Below are positions 1 to 9,470 of a stretch of DNA of 32,485 nt, one piece after another. The notes beneath the pieces are model-generated. The model saw only the letters and a list, made by a program, of their open reading frames with translations. It was not told the origin of the DNA and searched no databases. Origin of the DNA: a virus (lineage: Duplodnaviria > Caudoviricetes); IMG/VR virus record IMGVR_UViG_3300044701_003842, positions 1-32,485 of that record; one strand, written 5' to 3'. The position numbers and the translations under genes were made by a program. The stretch's first letter is position 1. Each line of letters opens with the position of its first letter.

Positions 1-784
1 TGGAGGACATTTTTTCCATTAAAGCATCAATTTCTCTTTGAGCATCTTCATACAACTGTCTTCCATTAAACTCCAATCCACCTGGAAGTTTAACTCCTTG
101 AAATTTCATTAAGTTTTGTCCCCATTGCCTTTTTATCAAAGAAGTTGTGTATTGCTTTAAAAAATTATCATTCCAAACTTTCGTATACTCTGAAGGATCC
201 ATTAATCTATCACAATCTATTATTAAATAATTATCTGGTTTTAATGATTTCCAATCGACATCCAAATATAATCTTCCTTGTCTTTTATTAAATCGTATTT
301 GTTTTTCCGTTGTTAAAAGCCAATTAATATCTTCAAGATATGTTTTTGTCATTGCATATGTTAAAAGATCTAATGATCCCCAATGATAAACATCATTTAA
401 AAACAATTGATATCTAATACTGAACAAACCTGCCGATAATGTATTATCACCTTCAAATTTGAATATTTTTCTTACTCCTAAGACATGGGGAGGTAATTGT
501 ATATAATTAGCATTCTCATAATAATTATAATTTCCAATACTAATTGTACTTATTCCTGGTCCAGTTGGAGGTTTTGAAGTCCCTCTATCAATATCTGCTT
601 GCGATAGTTTGTACTTTAAAAAAGTAGAATAAGAACCATCATAGCATCTTTCATTAAAAAGTTGTAATGCATCATCTACCAAATCTTCAATTTGTTCTTC
701 TGCTACGTTAATTTCAAGAACTGGCGCTCCAAGTTTTCTTAAACAATAATCAATAAATTCTTGTCTTGTTGAAGGTTGTGCCAT
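1..784 (-). CDS. gp13: T4-like neck protein gp13, truncated at its 3' end by the window edge
   Basis: Missing from the ORF track and translated by hand from the ATG at 784: MAQPSTRQEFIDYCLRKLGAPVLEINVAEEQIEDLVDDALQLFNERCYDG...SLIKRQWGQNLMKFQGVKLPGGLEFNGRQLYEDAQREIDALMEKMSS. The LRKLGAPVLEINV and KRQWGQNLxKFQGVKLPGG motifs are typical of gp13. Confidence 0.93.
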   Translation of the reverse strand, partial: MAQPSTRQEFIDYCLRKLGAPVLEINVAEEQIEDLVDDALQLFNERCYDGSYSTFLKYKLSQADIDRGTSKPPTGPGISTISIGNYNYYENANYIQLPPHVLGVRKIFKFEGDNTLSAGLFSIRYQLFLNDVYHWGSLDLLTYAMTKTYLEDINWLLTTEKQIRFNKRQGRLYLDVDWKSLKPDNYLIIDCDRLMDPSEYTKVWNDNFLKQYTTSLIKRQWGQNLMKFQGVKLPGGLEFNGRQLYEDAQREIDALMEKMSS

Positions 785-805
785 GTCTTTGAATTGGATT
801 AAAAA

Positions 806-812
806 TATTTAT
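806..812 (-). promoter_or_regulatory. T4-type late promoter core ATAAATA upstream of gp13
   Basis: The minus strand reads AAATAAATATTTTT. The core overlaps the TAA stop of the 79-aa ORF and ends 21 nt before the gp13 ATG. The T4 gp55 consensus is TATAAATA, and T4-like cyanophages commonly use ATAAATA. Confidence 0.65.
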
Positions 813-1048
813 TTTGATAATAAAGATCTTAGTAAGTCTTTTATTTCATTCAAATCACCTTTTATTTCAATTACATCATTTTCTAAATTTTTAATTCTAT
901 TAATTTCATTGTATTTTCTTTTATAATTTTCAATATAAGTTTTATATTCAGATTCGTTCACGTTTATGATTCCACTTGTTTGAGTATCTCTAACTAAATT
1001 TGGATTACCCTGAACTTCGATAAATTCATTCAGATCATTATTTTTCAT
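809..1048 (-). CDS. Small hypothetical phage protein with a C-terminal coiled coil
   Basis: 79 aa. The N-terminal VQGNPNLVRDTQTSGIIN motif is of the kind recalled from small cyanomyophage genes next to VrlC-like genes. Heptad pattern IKNLENDVIEIKGDLNEIKDLLRSLL. It starts 4 nt after the upstream stop. Confidence 0.8.
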   Translation of the reverse strand: MKNNDLNEFIEVQGNPNLVRDTQTSGIINVNESEYKTYIENYKRKYNEINRIKNLENDVIEIKGDLNEIKDLLRSLLSK

Positions 1049-1052
1049 GATA

Positions 1053-4000
1053 CTAAATTGAAGGTTTAAGTGTTGCGATTCCTCTCAAATCTTTTACTAA
1101 AGGAGGTTGAGCCTGATTTTTTGAAGCCAAAATAATTTTTATCGCAAATCCAGTAAATTCTGGTAAATTATCAACTGTATATTCATAATCATTGTAAGCA
1201 AGTCCAGAAGAAAATGTATCTTCAGAGTCTGCAGATCCATCATTTTTTGATGCATCTATTACTCTCTTTATTCCAGAAGAGTCTACTTGATAGTTTGAAA
1301 ATCCTGGGAATGGCTCAAAGTTTGAATTACCAGATGGAGAATCTTTTCTAAAAAGTTTATACAAAACTCTTATATCATTATCTTCACTTCTAGAAGATTT
1401 TAAAAACACTTTTAGTGAATTTGCAGGCAACTTTAATCCTATTGGTTTTGTTATATAAACAGCTTCATGAAGATCATCACCACCTCTGATGTATTCTACA
1501 TCTGCGAATAAAGAATTTTTTCCAACTCCAGCTGGTGCATTTATGAGATTTGAAGTCAGTATTACACTAGTTGTAACATCATCAATTACTGGAGATACTC
1601 TACTATCTTCAGTTGTTAAAGTAATTTCCATTGAAAGACTTCTATTCCCAGGAACATTTTTAATATTTCTTTCTTCATTAACTACGGAAGCAATTAATCT
1701 TGGAGTTGGGAAAGAAATTGGTTGATCGAGGGAGATATCAACATATCCCTGATCTTCAAATGAAGACTCATTTCCATGAACACTTGTCGCACTGAATGTA
1801 CGTACTTTTGCATTTATATTTGTTCTTGCCAATTTAATAGTGGCAAAATTTGGAGTTAAAATTTCATATTGTATGTTGGTAGAAACAATTGCTCCAGAAT
1901 CACCGAGAATAGATGTTTGATCAAAAACCATACTATTTCCAATATCTGGACCTATGACTGTATTGGGATCCACATTAATATCCGTATCCGAAGAAGGAAC
2001 TTTGATATAGAATGAATTCAATGTTACGGGATGAGTATCTGTATCAACAGAAGCTAAATTGTGAATTTTATTAATTCTTCTTAAAGAAATTCCATTGAAT
2101 TGATACCTATACACTGGAATATTTGTATCATATTGTTGAGATTCTGTTCCATCAATACCTCTCAATATAGTTTGTGACCCACCTCCCAAAGAAGTTGCAG
2201 TATAAGTCGTGTAACCTACAATTTCATTTCCAATAATCACATAACCAGGATTTGTGTTAGATATTGGTGATCCCTCAAAAGTTTCAAATCCACTAGTATC
2301 ACCAATATTAATTAAAGTAGTTTCGGTTGCTGATAAAGATGCTCCCAACAATCTATTAGGTTCATCTTCTTCTGGACGAATGTTACTAATTCTTACATAG
2401 TTTTGATTTGAATGCATTCCATGATTTATTGCGTTAAATAATAAATGCTGACCATCATAAACAAGATCTTCATCTAAAATTTCAACTATTGATTCAGATT
2501 CAGTTACATATGTTCCAATTCCACTTTGAGGTACATAATATATTGGTAGAGAATCAAATAATGATCCAGATGATGTGGAAGATCCTTTAACGATATTATC
2601 TAAAATTAAAGTATTTTTTATTGAAATTGAATTAACTGTAAACTGTCCTCCAAATCCAACATCTTGACCAATTGATGGAATAGTCAATTGATCGCCAGAT
2701 TGATATCCATATCCACCATTAATTATATTTGTGGAAGAGATGACTCCATTATTTACGGTTATATCAGCAGAAGCTCCCTTTCCTGAACCCGTTACTGATA
2801 TCAAGGATATATTATTGAATGTATATGTTCCAGATGTTGGAGTATATCCTATTCCAGGATTTGAAATCGTAATGCCTATTCCAGATGTTATACTTCCACC
2901 TATGCCAATTAGTTTTGATTTAGCTCTATTTTCTTGATAAATTGTAACTCCTGGTAAAACATCAGCCTTTAAAGTTTCACTTCCTGCTATTTTTGCTACA
3001 GATCTCTTGGATAATGCAGTTATTTGATTTTCACCCAAAACAGTAACTTTATTATTCTTTAAAGATAATTTTGGATTGTAATATCTAACTACTCCACTAT
3101 TAACAAAATCTGCTCTATGCAGTTTGTATTTTAAGTCTTCCAATTGAGATGGAGTCCAAGTAGTTCCATTTTGTGATTTAAACAAACTTCCCAAAGTAGG
3201 TTGTGATCCTACCTTGACATTTGTTAAGATATCATTTTCACCGAGTCTTGAAATAAACACCCTATAATTAGAACTATTCGACTGCAAAACTACAGCATAT
3301 TCATTGCTTACTTCACTTGCAATAGGAGCTCCTCTGACTTCTTGAGCCTGTGGTCCAGAAAGATATACTGGAGATGCAAATCTAAACCTAGTTGCTAAAG
3401 TACCATCAGTCGAAACATTAATAGATGATGGATCTAAGGTAACTTCTGAGAATGGTAAAACGGTATTTGTAGGAGTTCCATTTTCCATTGTACGAATTTG
3501 TAAAGTTACTGGAATTGATTCATCAATAGTTTCAAAATATACATCAACTCCTGTTAAGAATATTCCAGTTTCATCTTTAACATAGAATGATTGTGCTAAA
3601 GGATCTCTAACTTCCCATCTAGTTGTTAATCTATCTCCTCTTCCTTGAATTGTTGTATTTGTAATTGCAGTTGTGGTAGTTTGAGTATTTGTTATAGTTG
3701 TAGTATTAACATTTCTAGATGGTCTAATAATTGTATTTCTTGTAGTTAAAATATTTCGTTGCGTTACATTTGTTGTAGATGAGGAGGTAAAATCCTCTTC
3801 CGCGGAACTTTCATTTGTGACATTCTGATCTCCAGATGCAAGTTCTGAAAGTGATGGAGTATCAATAACTGTAAATGTATTTTCTCCATTAATCCACTGT
3901 GGATTTCCAGGAACTTTTGGATCTGGAACATATAGTGATCCTATCAATCTGCCTGTATTATCAGAAACCAATCTTGAATTTGTAATTCTTGCAATTGCAC

Positions 4001-7000
4001 CAGATTTTTTTCCAATAATTTTCATATTGATAGCAATTTCACCATAAAAATCTACTTCAGATAATAATTGTAAAGCTCTTGTATCTACATTAATATAATC
4101 AGATGCTTCAGTGTAATTTTCTGGTGGAGCACTTTGTCTATATGGAATTAAATTAAATGTTTCAGTTGGATTTGCAAAAGGTCCCACTTTATGATTTGGC
4201 TTACATGCTCTAAATCTAATTTTTTTGGATGTAAAGTGTGGATCACTTTCTATGATTTCACCTATCTCAAACTTTCCTGAAATCATTTCTATCTCAAGAA
4301 GTTTTGGAATAATATACTTATTAACATCAATTCCTTCAAAGAATGAATAGAATCTTGTTCTTGGCCTTAATCCCTTAACATCAAATTCAATATTTCTACT
4401 TCTTAAGAATCTAGTTGGCTCAGTAAAGTTTGAAATATTTTCTTCAACTGTCGTCTCTTCTCTAATTTCTGGAGGTATAGTGGTTCTTACTGTACTACTT
4501 TCAGCAACTACTGATGTAGTTGTAGACTCAGTAACTCTTGTAATATCTGGGGATCCTGGAGCATAATTGAGGAAAATAGCTTGATTTGGTGTTCTTTGAC
4601 GAATTTGAGTTATATAAGAATCTGCAACATCTCTTGGAAGAATTCTAGAAAGCCAATTTATGTCAGCTTCTGTAATGCCCCACTTATATGCTCTAAATTG
4701 TACAGCCTGTCTTCCATTAACATTTACGACACTTGTAGAAAGACCTCTTGTATTGTATCTAAATGATTCTACCCAGTTGGCATTTCTCCAATTGCGGTTT
4801 CCTCTAGACCATCCAGATCTTCTCCAAAAACTTCCATTAGAAGTAATCCATCTTCTTCTCCAAATACCTCTTTGTGTAACAACTTCATTTCTAAAAACAA
4901 CCTGATTTCTAATTACATTACGAGTAATTGATACATTAATATCTGGTTCTTGTGGTAAATTTGTAGTTCTTGTATTGAAACTTTGATTTACAATTTCTCT
5001 TTCCTCAATCCAAGTGTCACTTGGAGGATTGAGTTGTATAGAACCAGTCCAATATTTAACTAAAAATGGAGTTACACTCTCAGTTCTAGTTGCATAAGGT
5101 TGATTAAAATATTCAATATCTTGATAATTTAATGTTATAAGATCTCCCGTCTTTCTTATTCCATCAGATCCAAGATCTGAAACATAATCATGGTCCTTTG
5201 TTGGATCAAATGTTTCGCCAACTCCAGAAATAACCTCAGAACCCAACTGCATATCAAGTGAAGTTGTGTAATGAGTTGGTCTTAAAACATTTAATTGATC
5301 GTCAATAGATACTTTATAATCTGGATCCTCTTCATTATGTAAATTAGTATTTTTAAATGTGTCTACAAAGAAACCACACTTAAATCTTTCTAACCCAGTA
5401 TCTGCATCTTTTATACTTAAATTTTCTGTTTTATTTTCTAAAGTTGTTAAGATAGTAAACTCTTCCAATCTCTTGATTCTATCTTCAAGAAGAGAAATAT
5501 CTTGCATTGTATATTTTCTATGCCTTTCAACACTTACTTCAACATTTTGTATGTTGAAGACATATGGAGGAAGATTTATTTTAGCAATTTCCAATGAATT
5601 ATCTGGAACATCTGGTTCAATAGGACGTATTCCAGGAGTTCCTTGAATTGCTGAAAATGTTCCATCTGAATTTAATACTATTTTATCAATTCTTCCAACA
5701 TAATATTTGTAACAAACTTGGATATTTTCTCCTGGTGCCAAAATATATTTTGAGTATTGTCCATCAGAAGAAAAAGATCTTGATGAAAATTCAAATGGAG
5801 ATTTATCCGATGAAAGATCATATTTAGATACTCTTGGTCTTAAATCTAAATAATCACTAACTCTATTATCATTATAGATTGGAACATCATGCTTAAAGTT
5901 ATTTTCAGAATAGCTATTTGCTGTGAAAATTTCACCAGTATCAGATGGGTCTACTGAATAATGTTGAAAAACTATCTTTAATGATTTTTTAGGTTCTTCA
6001 ATATTTTTTCTTCTAATTAATTTGGAATATCCATAGTAAGATGAGGATTGTCCATTATCGAGATCAAAATTTTGAGTTATATTTCTATCGCCCAATGATA
6101 TTGAATTTACATTAGTCCTTAAGGATGATTCTTTTGCTAATAAAACCTCACCCTTTTCAAATGTCTTTGAATTTAAATAAACAAATTCTAAGACATTTGT
6201 ATCAACTTTATTAATTAATAGGGCTGCAGCTCCACTTGTTTCGCCTATAAGTTGTTCGCCAACAACATAATTCTGAGCATTAGACCCAGTAATTTGAAGA
6301 CTTGGGAGTGTTGCATCATTTTCATTGCTAGATTCAAACACTCCAATGACTCTAACAACATCTGGAATATTTAAAGATATTTCATTATCTTGAATTCTAG
6401 TTCCATAAACTAAACTATAAGTTAATCCATCATTTAATGTAGTTTGTCCTATTCCAGAAGATGGATACTTTGACCTTTTGATATTTAAAACTTCAGATCT
6501 ATTAAATTTTTTAGTTTTTGAATTTAATGATGTATTTGTAATAGTAGATATAACATCTACAGATCCAGTTGATTGGGATAAGTCAACAAACGTTGCCGTT
6601 TTTCCAGACGGACCAATGCTAAATTTATCAAATCTAATTGATTCTTTATTTCCATTTGAATATGTTATTACATATCTATCTTCATCAAATTCGGCAAAGA
6701 ATAAATCTTCTTCCGTTGGACTAATAGTAATTGTAAGTTGATTGCCACTTACAGGTACATTTTTAAATAATCTTCTTTGAGTTATTAAATTATTTTCAAT
6801 ATCTATGGATGAAATATTAATATTATTTAATTTTGTCAATAAAGATTCACTATCTGGTGAACCATAGATTAATGATGAAACTTTTTGTATATTTGTTACT
6901 TCATTTGGTTGATTTGCAATATCTACAAAAACACCACCTGAAATATAATTTGTTACTGTAGTTATTCCAGTTACAGTAAATGATTTTCCATCAGGATCAA

Positions 7001-9464
7001 TTGTTAAAACTTTGTTATAAGTTGGAATAGGAACTCCATCTAAACCTTCTGGTGCCTTATAATTGTTCCAAAGAATTATATCATTTTCTTTTAAATTCTC
7101 AGTTATCCTGCCAAATGATACTGAAGATATTGTTGATATTCCATTATATGCCGCACTTACTCTAAAAAGAGTACCAGATGGTGCTAACGATGACTTATTA
7201 TCTAATATCAAATCTGCATTGAATGTGGAAATTCCAGAATAAGAATATACAGATTTTACATCATTAAGATCATATTCTAAAACGTTTTTAATTACTCTTC
7301 CTTGCTCTATACCGTTAATGATTACTCTTTCATTATTAAGAAATTTTCCATTAACTTCATATAATCTTATTGTAGTAAGTCCAACTAATCCAGAATCTGG
7401 TTTAGTCCAAACGGCAGAAGTTGGACCAAAATAATAATTTTCTGCTGTTAATCCAGATAACGTAAATGTATTTGCATTAATAATTGTGCCAACAGTAAAA
7501 TTGCCATTATAATTTGGATTACTGGAATTTTCTATGTAAATATCTTCTCCACCAATTAATCCATGACTTGTTGCGTTAATTCTTGCGTTTTCTGTGCTTT
7601 CCGTTAAATTTCCAAATCCACTTACAGAGAATAAAAGATCAGAAGGTTGTAGTCCTCCAATTCCTTCATTGACATCGATTGTAAATCCTTGTCCAGGATC
7701 TGCTAAAGCAGTAGTTCCCAGTCCAACTCTAGGAATAAGAATATTATCTACCGATAGTACAGTAAATTTTCCAGCCGTTTGATAATCTAATTGCTCTTCT
7801 CCACTTCCATTAATATAAATTCTTTCTCCAACATTAAGATTATGATTTGTAAAAGTTGTTATTGTAGTTATTCCAGTTGAGGAGAAAAATACACTTTCAA
7901 TTCCAACAGTATTAAATGTTGCAGAAGATATGTCAATAACAGGAGAAAAATCTAATGCATGTCCAGTAGCTCCAGATTTGGCACCTTGAAAGTGGGATGG
8001 TTTAAATACTGGAATTGATTTTTCAAAATTTAAAACAGTATATGTTTGAATATCAAATAATCTAAGATGCATTCTACTTAAATTATCTTTATATTCACTT
8101 TCTGGAACATAATCATAAACTCTTGCCACTCCAATAGTAGTTCCAGCTGCTACCGATCTGTTAAGTCCTAGACGGTTACTCATTAAACTTATAGTTGAAT
8201 CTGTTCCTAGACCAACAGATGGTGATCCAAATGTATTGTTGAGTATGAATAAAGTTCCAGCATTATAAGAAATAACTTCTTTTGTGCATGTATCTAAAGA
8301 GGTTCTTGGTTTAGGGGCATCCAAAAGTCTTGCGGATGTGGTTTCTACCGTATATCCACCAATATATGCCTTTCCTGGTCCAATTTGATATACTAATTTA
8401 TCTTCTGATGGCGTATTTCCAGATACCGTTGTTTGATTGCTAAAATAAACACCATTATTTAAAACTCCATCATTAAGACTATCTCTAACATAAACTGTAA
8501 ACGGTTTTACAAAAAAATCACCACTTACATCTGATATTACTTTTGCAGATTCTGTTTTAGCTGCAAGAACTGGTTTTATTTCTGAAACATTTGCTCTAGG
8601 AAATTGAGGAATGCCGTTAACCACCCTCATTATTTCAACAAATCCATCTAGTTCAATATCATCTAATTCTTTTTTTGAAAGAATTAATTCTAATTTAAGT
8701 CTATCTGCTCCAGGCGCAGTATAATTAGTAAAACTACGTGCATTATCAAAAAGTGACTCATCTTCATCTGAGTTTACAATTTTTTCTATAATATCAAATC
8801 CTATTTTGTATGAAGGATTTGTGTTATATTGTTCAAGAATTAATGATTGATTTAATACATTTGCAAATATTCCTCTAACAAAACATACTCCATCGGAAAT
8901 GGATACGGAAGATGCTTTAGAATTGCAATTTATTGAAATTGTGTTGAAAATTCCTTGATTTGCTTGGATAGAAAATTTATTATTTTCTCCATAACTTACA
9001 ATGGACAAAGAGACTAAAGTTTCTCCATCTTGAAATTGCTTTATTGTTAAATCTTGCCCACCACTTTCCAAATATTTGACATATAAAGTAAAATTGCCCC
9101 TCTCAGAGTTTTTATCTTCTATCAAATCGAGTACTTCTGCTGTTACTCCACTTGACAGTCCTTGTATTTTTTTCCCTAATAGTGATTTAAAATACAAAGA
9201 AATTGGAAATCCATTATAACTTGGATCAATTTCTACTGCGTATATTGGATTATTATAACTAACCGTCCCAGGAATTACTATCTCACCCTCCTTAAAAAAC
9301 TTACTTCCAAATTGCTCAATTTGATTTTGAAGTATAGATTGGGAAGTTGTTAATTCTCTAGCTTGTACTGGATATCCTGGTTTAAATAAAACCCTGTAAT
9401 AATCTTTATCTTTATCAAAATCATCAAAATATGGAGATACGTTAAAATTAGTTTCCTGGGGCAT
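1053..9464 (-). CDS. Large virion structural protein, DUF4815/VrlC-like (2803 aa)
   Basis: N-terminus PYFDDFD...YYRVLFKPGYPVQARELTTSQSILQNQIE, internal APGADRLK, GFFVDTF and DPLAQSF motifs, and C-terminus YEY...LPEFTGFAIKIIL...P.VKDLRGIA. It follows gp8, as in T4-like cyanophages. Confidence 0.82.
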   Translation of the reverse strand: MPQETNFNVSPYFDDFDKDKDYYRVLFKPGYPVQARELTTSQSILQNQIEQFGSKFFKEGEIVIPGTVSYNNPIYAVEIDPSYNGFPISLYFKSLLGKKIQGLSSGVTAEVLDLIEDKNSERGNFTLYVKYLESGGQDLTIKQFQDGETLVSLSIVSYGENNKFSIQANQGIFNTISINCNSKASSVSISDGVCFVRGIFANVLNQSLILEQYNTNPSYKIGFDIIEKIVNSDEDESLFDNARSFTNYTAPGADRLKLELILSKKELDDIELDGFVEIMRVVNGIPQFPRANVSEIKPVLAAKTESAKVISDVSGDFFVKPFTVYVRDSLNDGVLNNGVYFSNQTTVSGNTPSEDKLVYQIGPGKAYIGGYTVETTSARLLDAPKPRTSLDTCTKEVISYNAGTLFILNNTFGSPSVGLGTDSTISLMSNRLGLNRSVAAGTTIGVARVYDYVPESEYKDNLSRMHLRLFDIQTYTVLNFEKSIPVFKPSHFQGAKSGATGHALDFSPVIDISSATFNTVGIESVFFSSTGITTITTFTNHNLNVGERIYINGSGEEQLDYQTAGKFTVLSVDNILIPRVGLGTTALADPGQGFTIDVNEGIGGLQPSDLLFSVSGFGNLTESTENARINATSHGLIGGEDIYIENSSNPNYNGNFTVGTIINANTFTLSGLTAENYYFGPTSAVWTKPDSGLVGLTTIRLYEVNGKFLNNERVIINGIEQGRVIKNVLEYDLNDVKSVYSYSGISTFNADLILDNKSSLAPSGTLFRVSAAYNGISTISSVSFGRITENLKENDIILWNNYKAPEGLDGVPIPTYNKVLTIDPDGKSFTVTGITTVTNYISGGVFVDIANQPNEVTNIQKVSSLIYGSPDSESLLTKLNNINISSIDIENNLITQRRLFKNVPVSGNQLTITISPTEEDLFFAEFDEDRYVITYSNGNKESIRFDKFSIGPSGKTATFVDLSQSTGSVDVISTITNTSLNSKTKKFNRSEVLNIKRSKYPSSGIGQTTLNDGLTYSLVYGTRIQDNEISLNIPDVVRVIGVFESSNENDATLPSLQITGSNAQNYVVGEQLIGETSGAAALLINKVDTNVLEFVYLNSKTFEKGEVLLAKESSLRTNVNSISLGDRNITQNFDLDNGQSSSYYGYSKLIRRKNIEEPKKSLKIVFQHYSVDPSDTGEIFTANSYSENNFKHDVPIYNDNRVSDYLDLRPRVSKYDLSSDKSPFEFSSRSFSSDGQYSKYILAPGENIQVCYKYYVGRIDKIVLNSDGTFSAIQGTPGIRPIEPDVPDNSLEIAKINLPPYVFNIQNVEVSVERHRKYTMQDISLLEDRIKRLEEFTILTTLENKTENLSIKDADTGLERFKCGFFVDTFKNTNLHNEEDPDYKVSIDDQLNVLRPTHYTTSLDMQLGSEVISGVGETFDPTKDHDYVSDLGSDGIRKTGDLITLNYQDIEYFNQPYATRTESVTPFLVKYWTGSIQLNPPSDTWIEEREIVNQSFNTRTTNLPQEPDINVSITRNVIRNQVVFRNEVVTQRGIWRRRWITSNGSFWRRSGWSRGNRNWRNANWVESFRYNTRGLSTSVVNVNGRQAVQFRAYKWGITEADINWLSRILPRDVADSYITQIRQRTPNQAIFLNYAPGSPDITRVTESTTTSVVAESSTVRTTIPPEIREETTVEENISNFTEPTRFLRSRNIEFDVKGLRPRTRFYSFFEGIDVNKYIIPKLLEIEMISGKFEIGEIIESDPHFTSKKIRFRACKPNHKVGPFANPTETFNLIPYRQSAPPENYTEASDYINVDTRALQLLSEVDFYGEIAINMKIIGKKSGAIARITNSRLVSDNTGRLIGSLYVPDPKVPGNPQWINGENTFTVIDTPSLSELASGDQNVTNESSAEEDFTSSSTTNVTQRNILTTRNTIIRPSRNVNTTTITNTQTTTTAITNTTIQGRGDRLTTRWEVRDPLAQSFYVKDETGIFLTGVDVYFETIDESIPVTLQIRTMENGTPTNTVLPFSEVTLDPSSINVSTDGTLATRFRFASPVYLSGPQAQEVRGAPIASEVSNEYAVVLQSNSSNYRVFISRLGENDILTNVKVGSQPTLGSLFKSQNGTTWTPSQLEDLKYKLHRADFVNSGVVRYYNPKLSLKNNKVTVLGENQITALSKRSVAKIAGSETLKADVLPGVTIYQENRAKSKLIGIGGSITSGIGITISNPGIGYTPTSGTYTFNNISLISVTGSGKGASADITVNNGVISSTNIINGGYGYQSGDQLTIPSIGQDVGFGGQFTVNSISIKNTLILDNIVKGSSTSSGSLFDSLPIYYVPQSGIGTYVTESESIVEILDEDLVYDGQHLLFNAINHGMHSNQNYVRISNIRPEEDEPNRLLGASLSATETTLINIGDTSGFETFEGSPISNTNPGYVIIGNEIVGYTTYTATSLGGGSQTILRGIDGTESQQYDTNIPVYRYQFNGISLRRINKIHNLASVDTDTHPVTLNSFYIKVPSSDTDINVDPNTVIGPDIGNSMVFDQTSILGDSGAIVSTNIQYEILTPNFATIKLARTNINAKVRTFSATSVHGNESSFEDQGYVDISLDQPISFPTPRLIASVVNEERNIKNVPGNRSLSMEITLTTEDSRVSPVIDDVTTSVILTSNLINAPAGVGKNSLFADVEYIRGGDDLHEAVYITKPIGLKLPANSLKVFLKSSRSEDNDIRVLYKLFRKDSPSGNSNFEPFPGFSNYQVDSSGIKRVIDASKNDGSADSEDTFSSGLAYNDYEYTVDNLPEFTGFAIKIILASKNQAQPPLVKDLRGIATLKPSI

Positions 9465-9470
9465 GACTTT

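Noticed and set aside
3633-3641. RGD tripeptide in the VrlC-like protein (another occurs in gp7), tempting next to integrin-like propellers
   Set aside because: A few RGDs are expected by chance in about 10,000 aa. Integrin RGD binding also needs a beta-subunit MIDAS site, which is not evident here.
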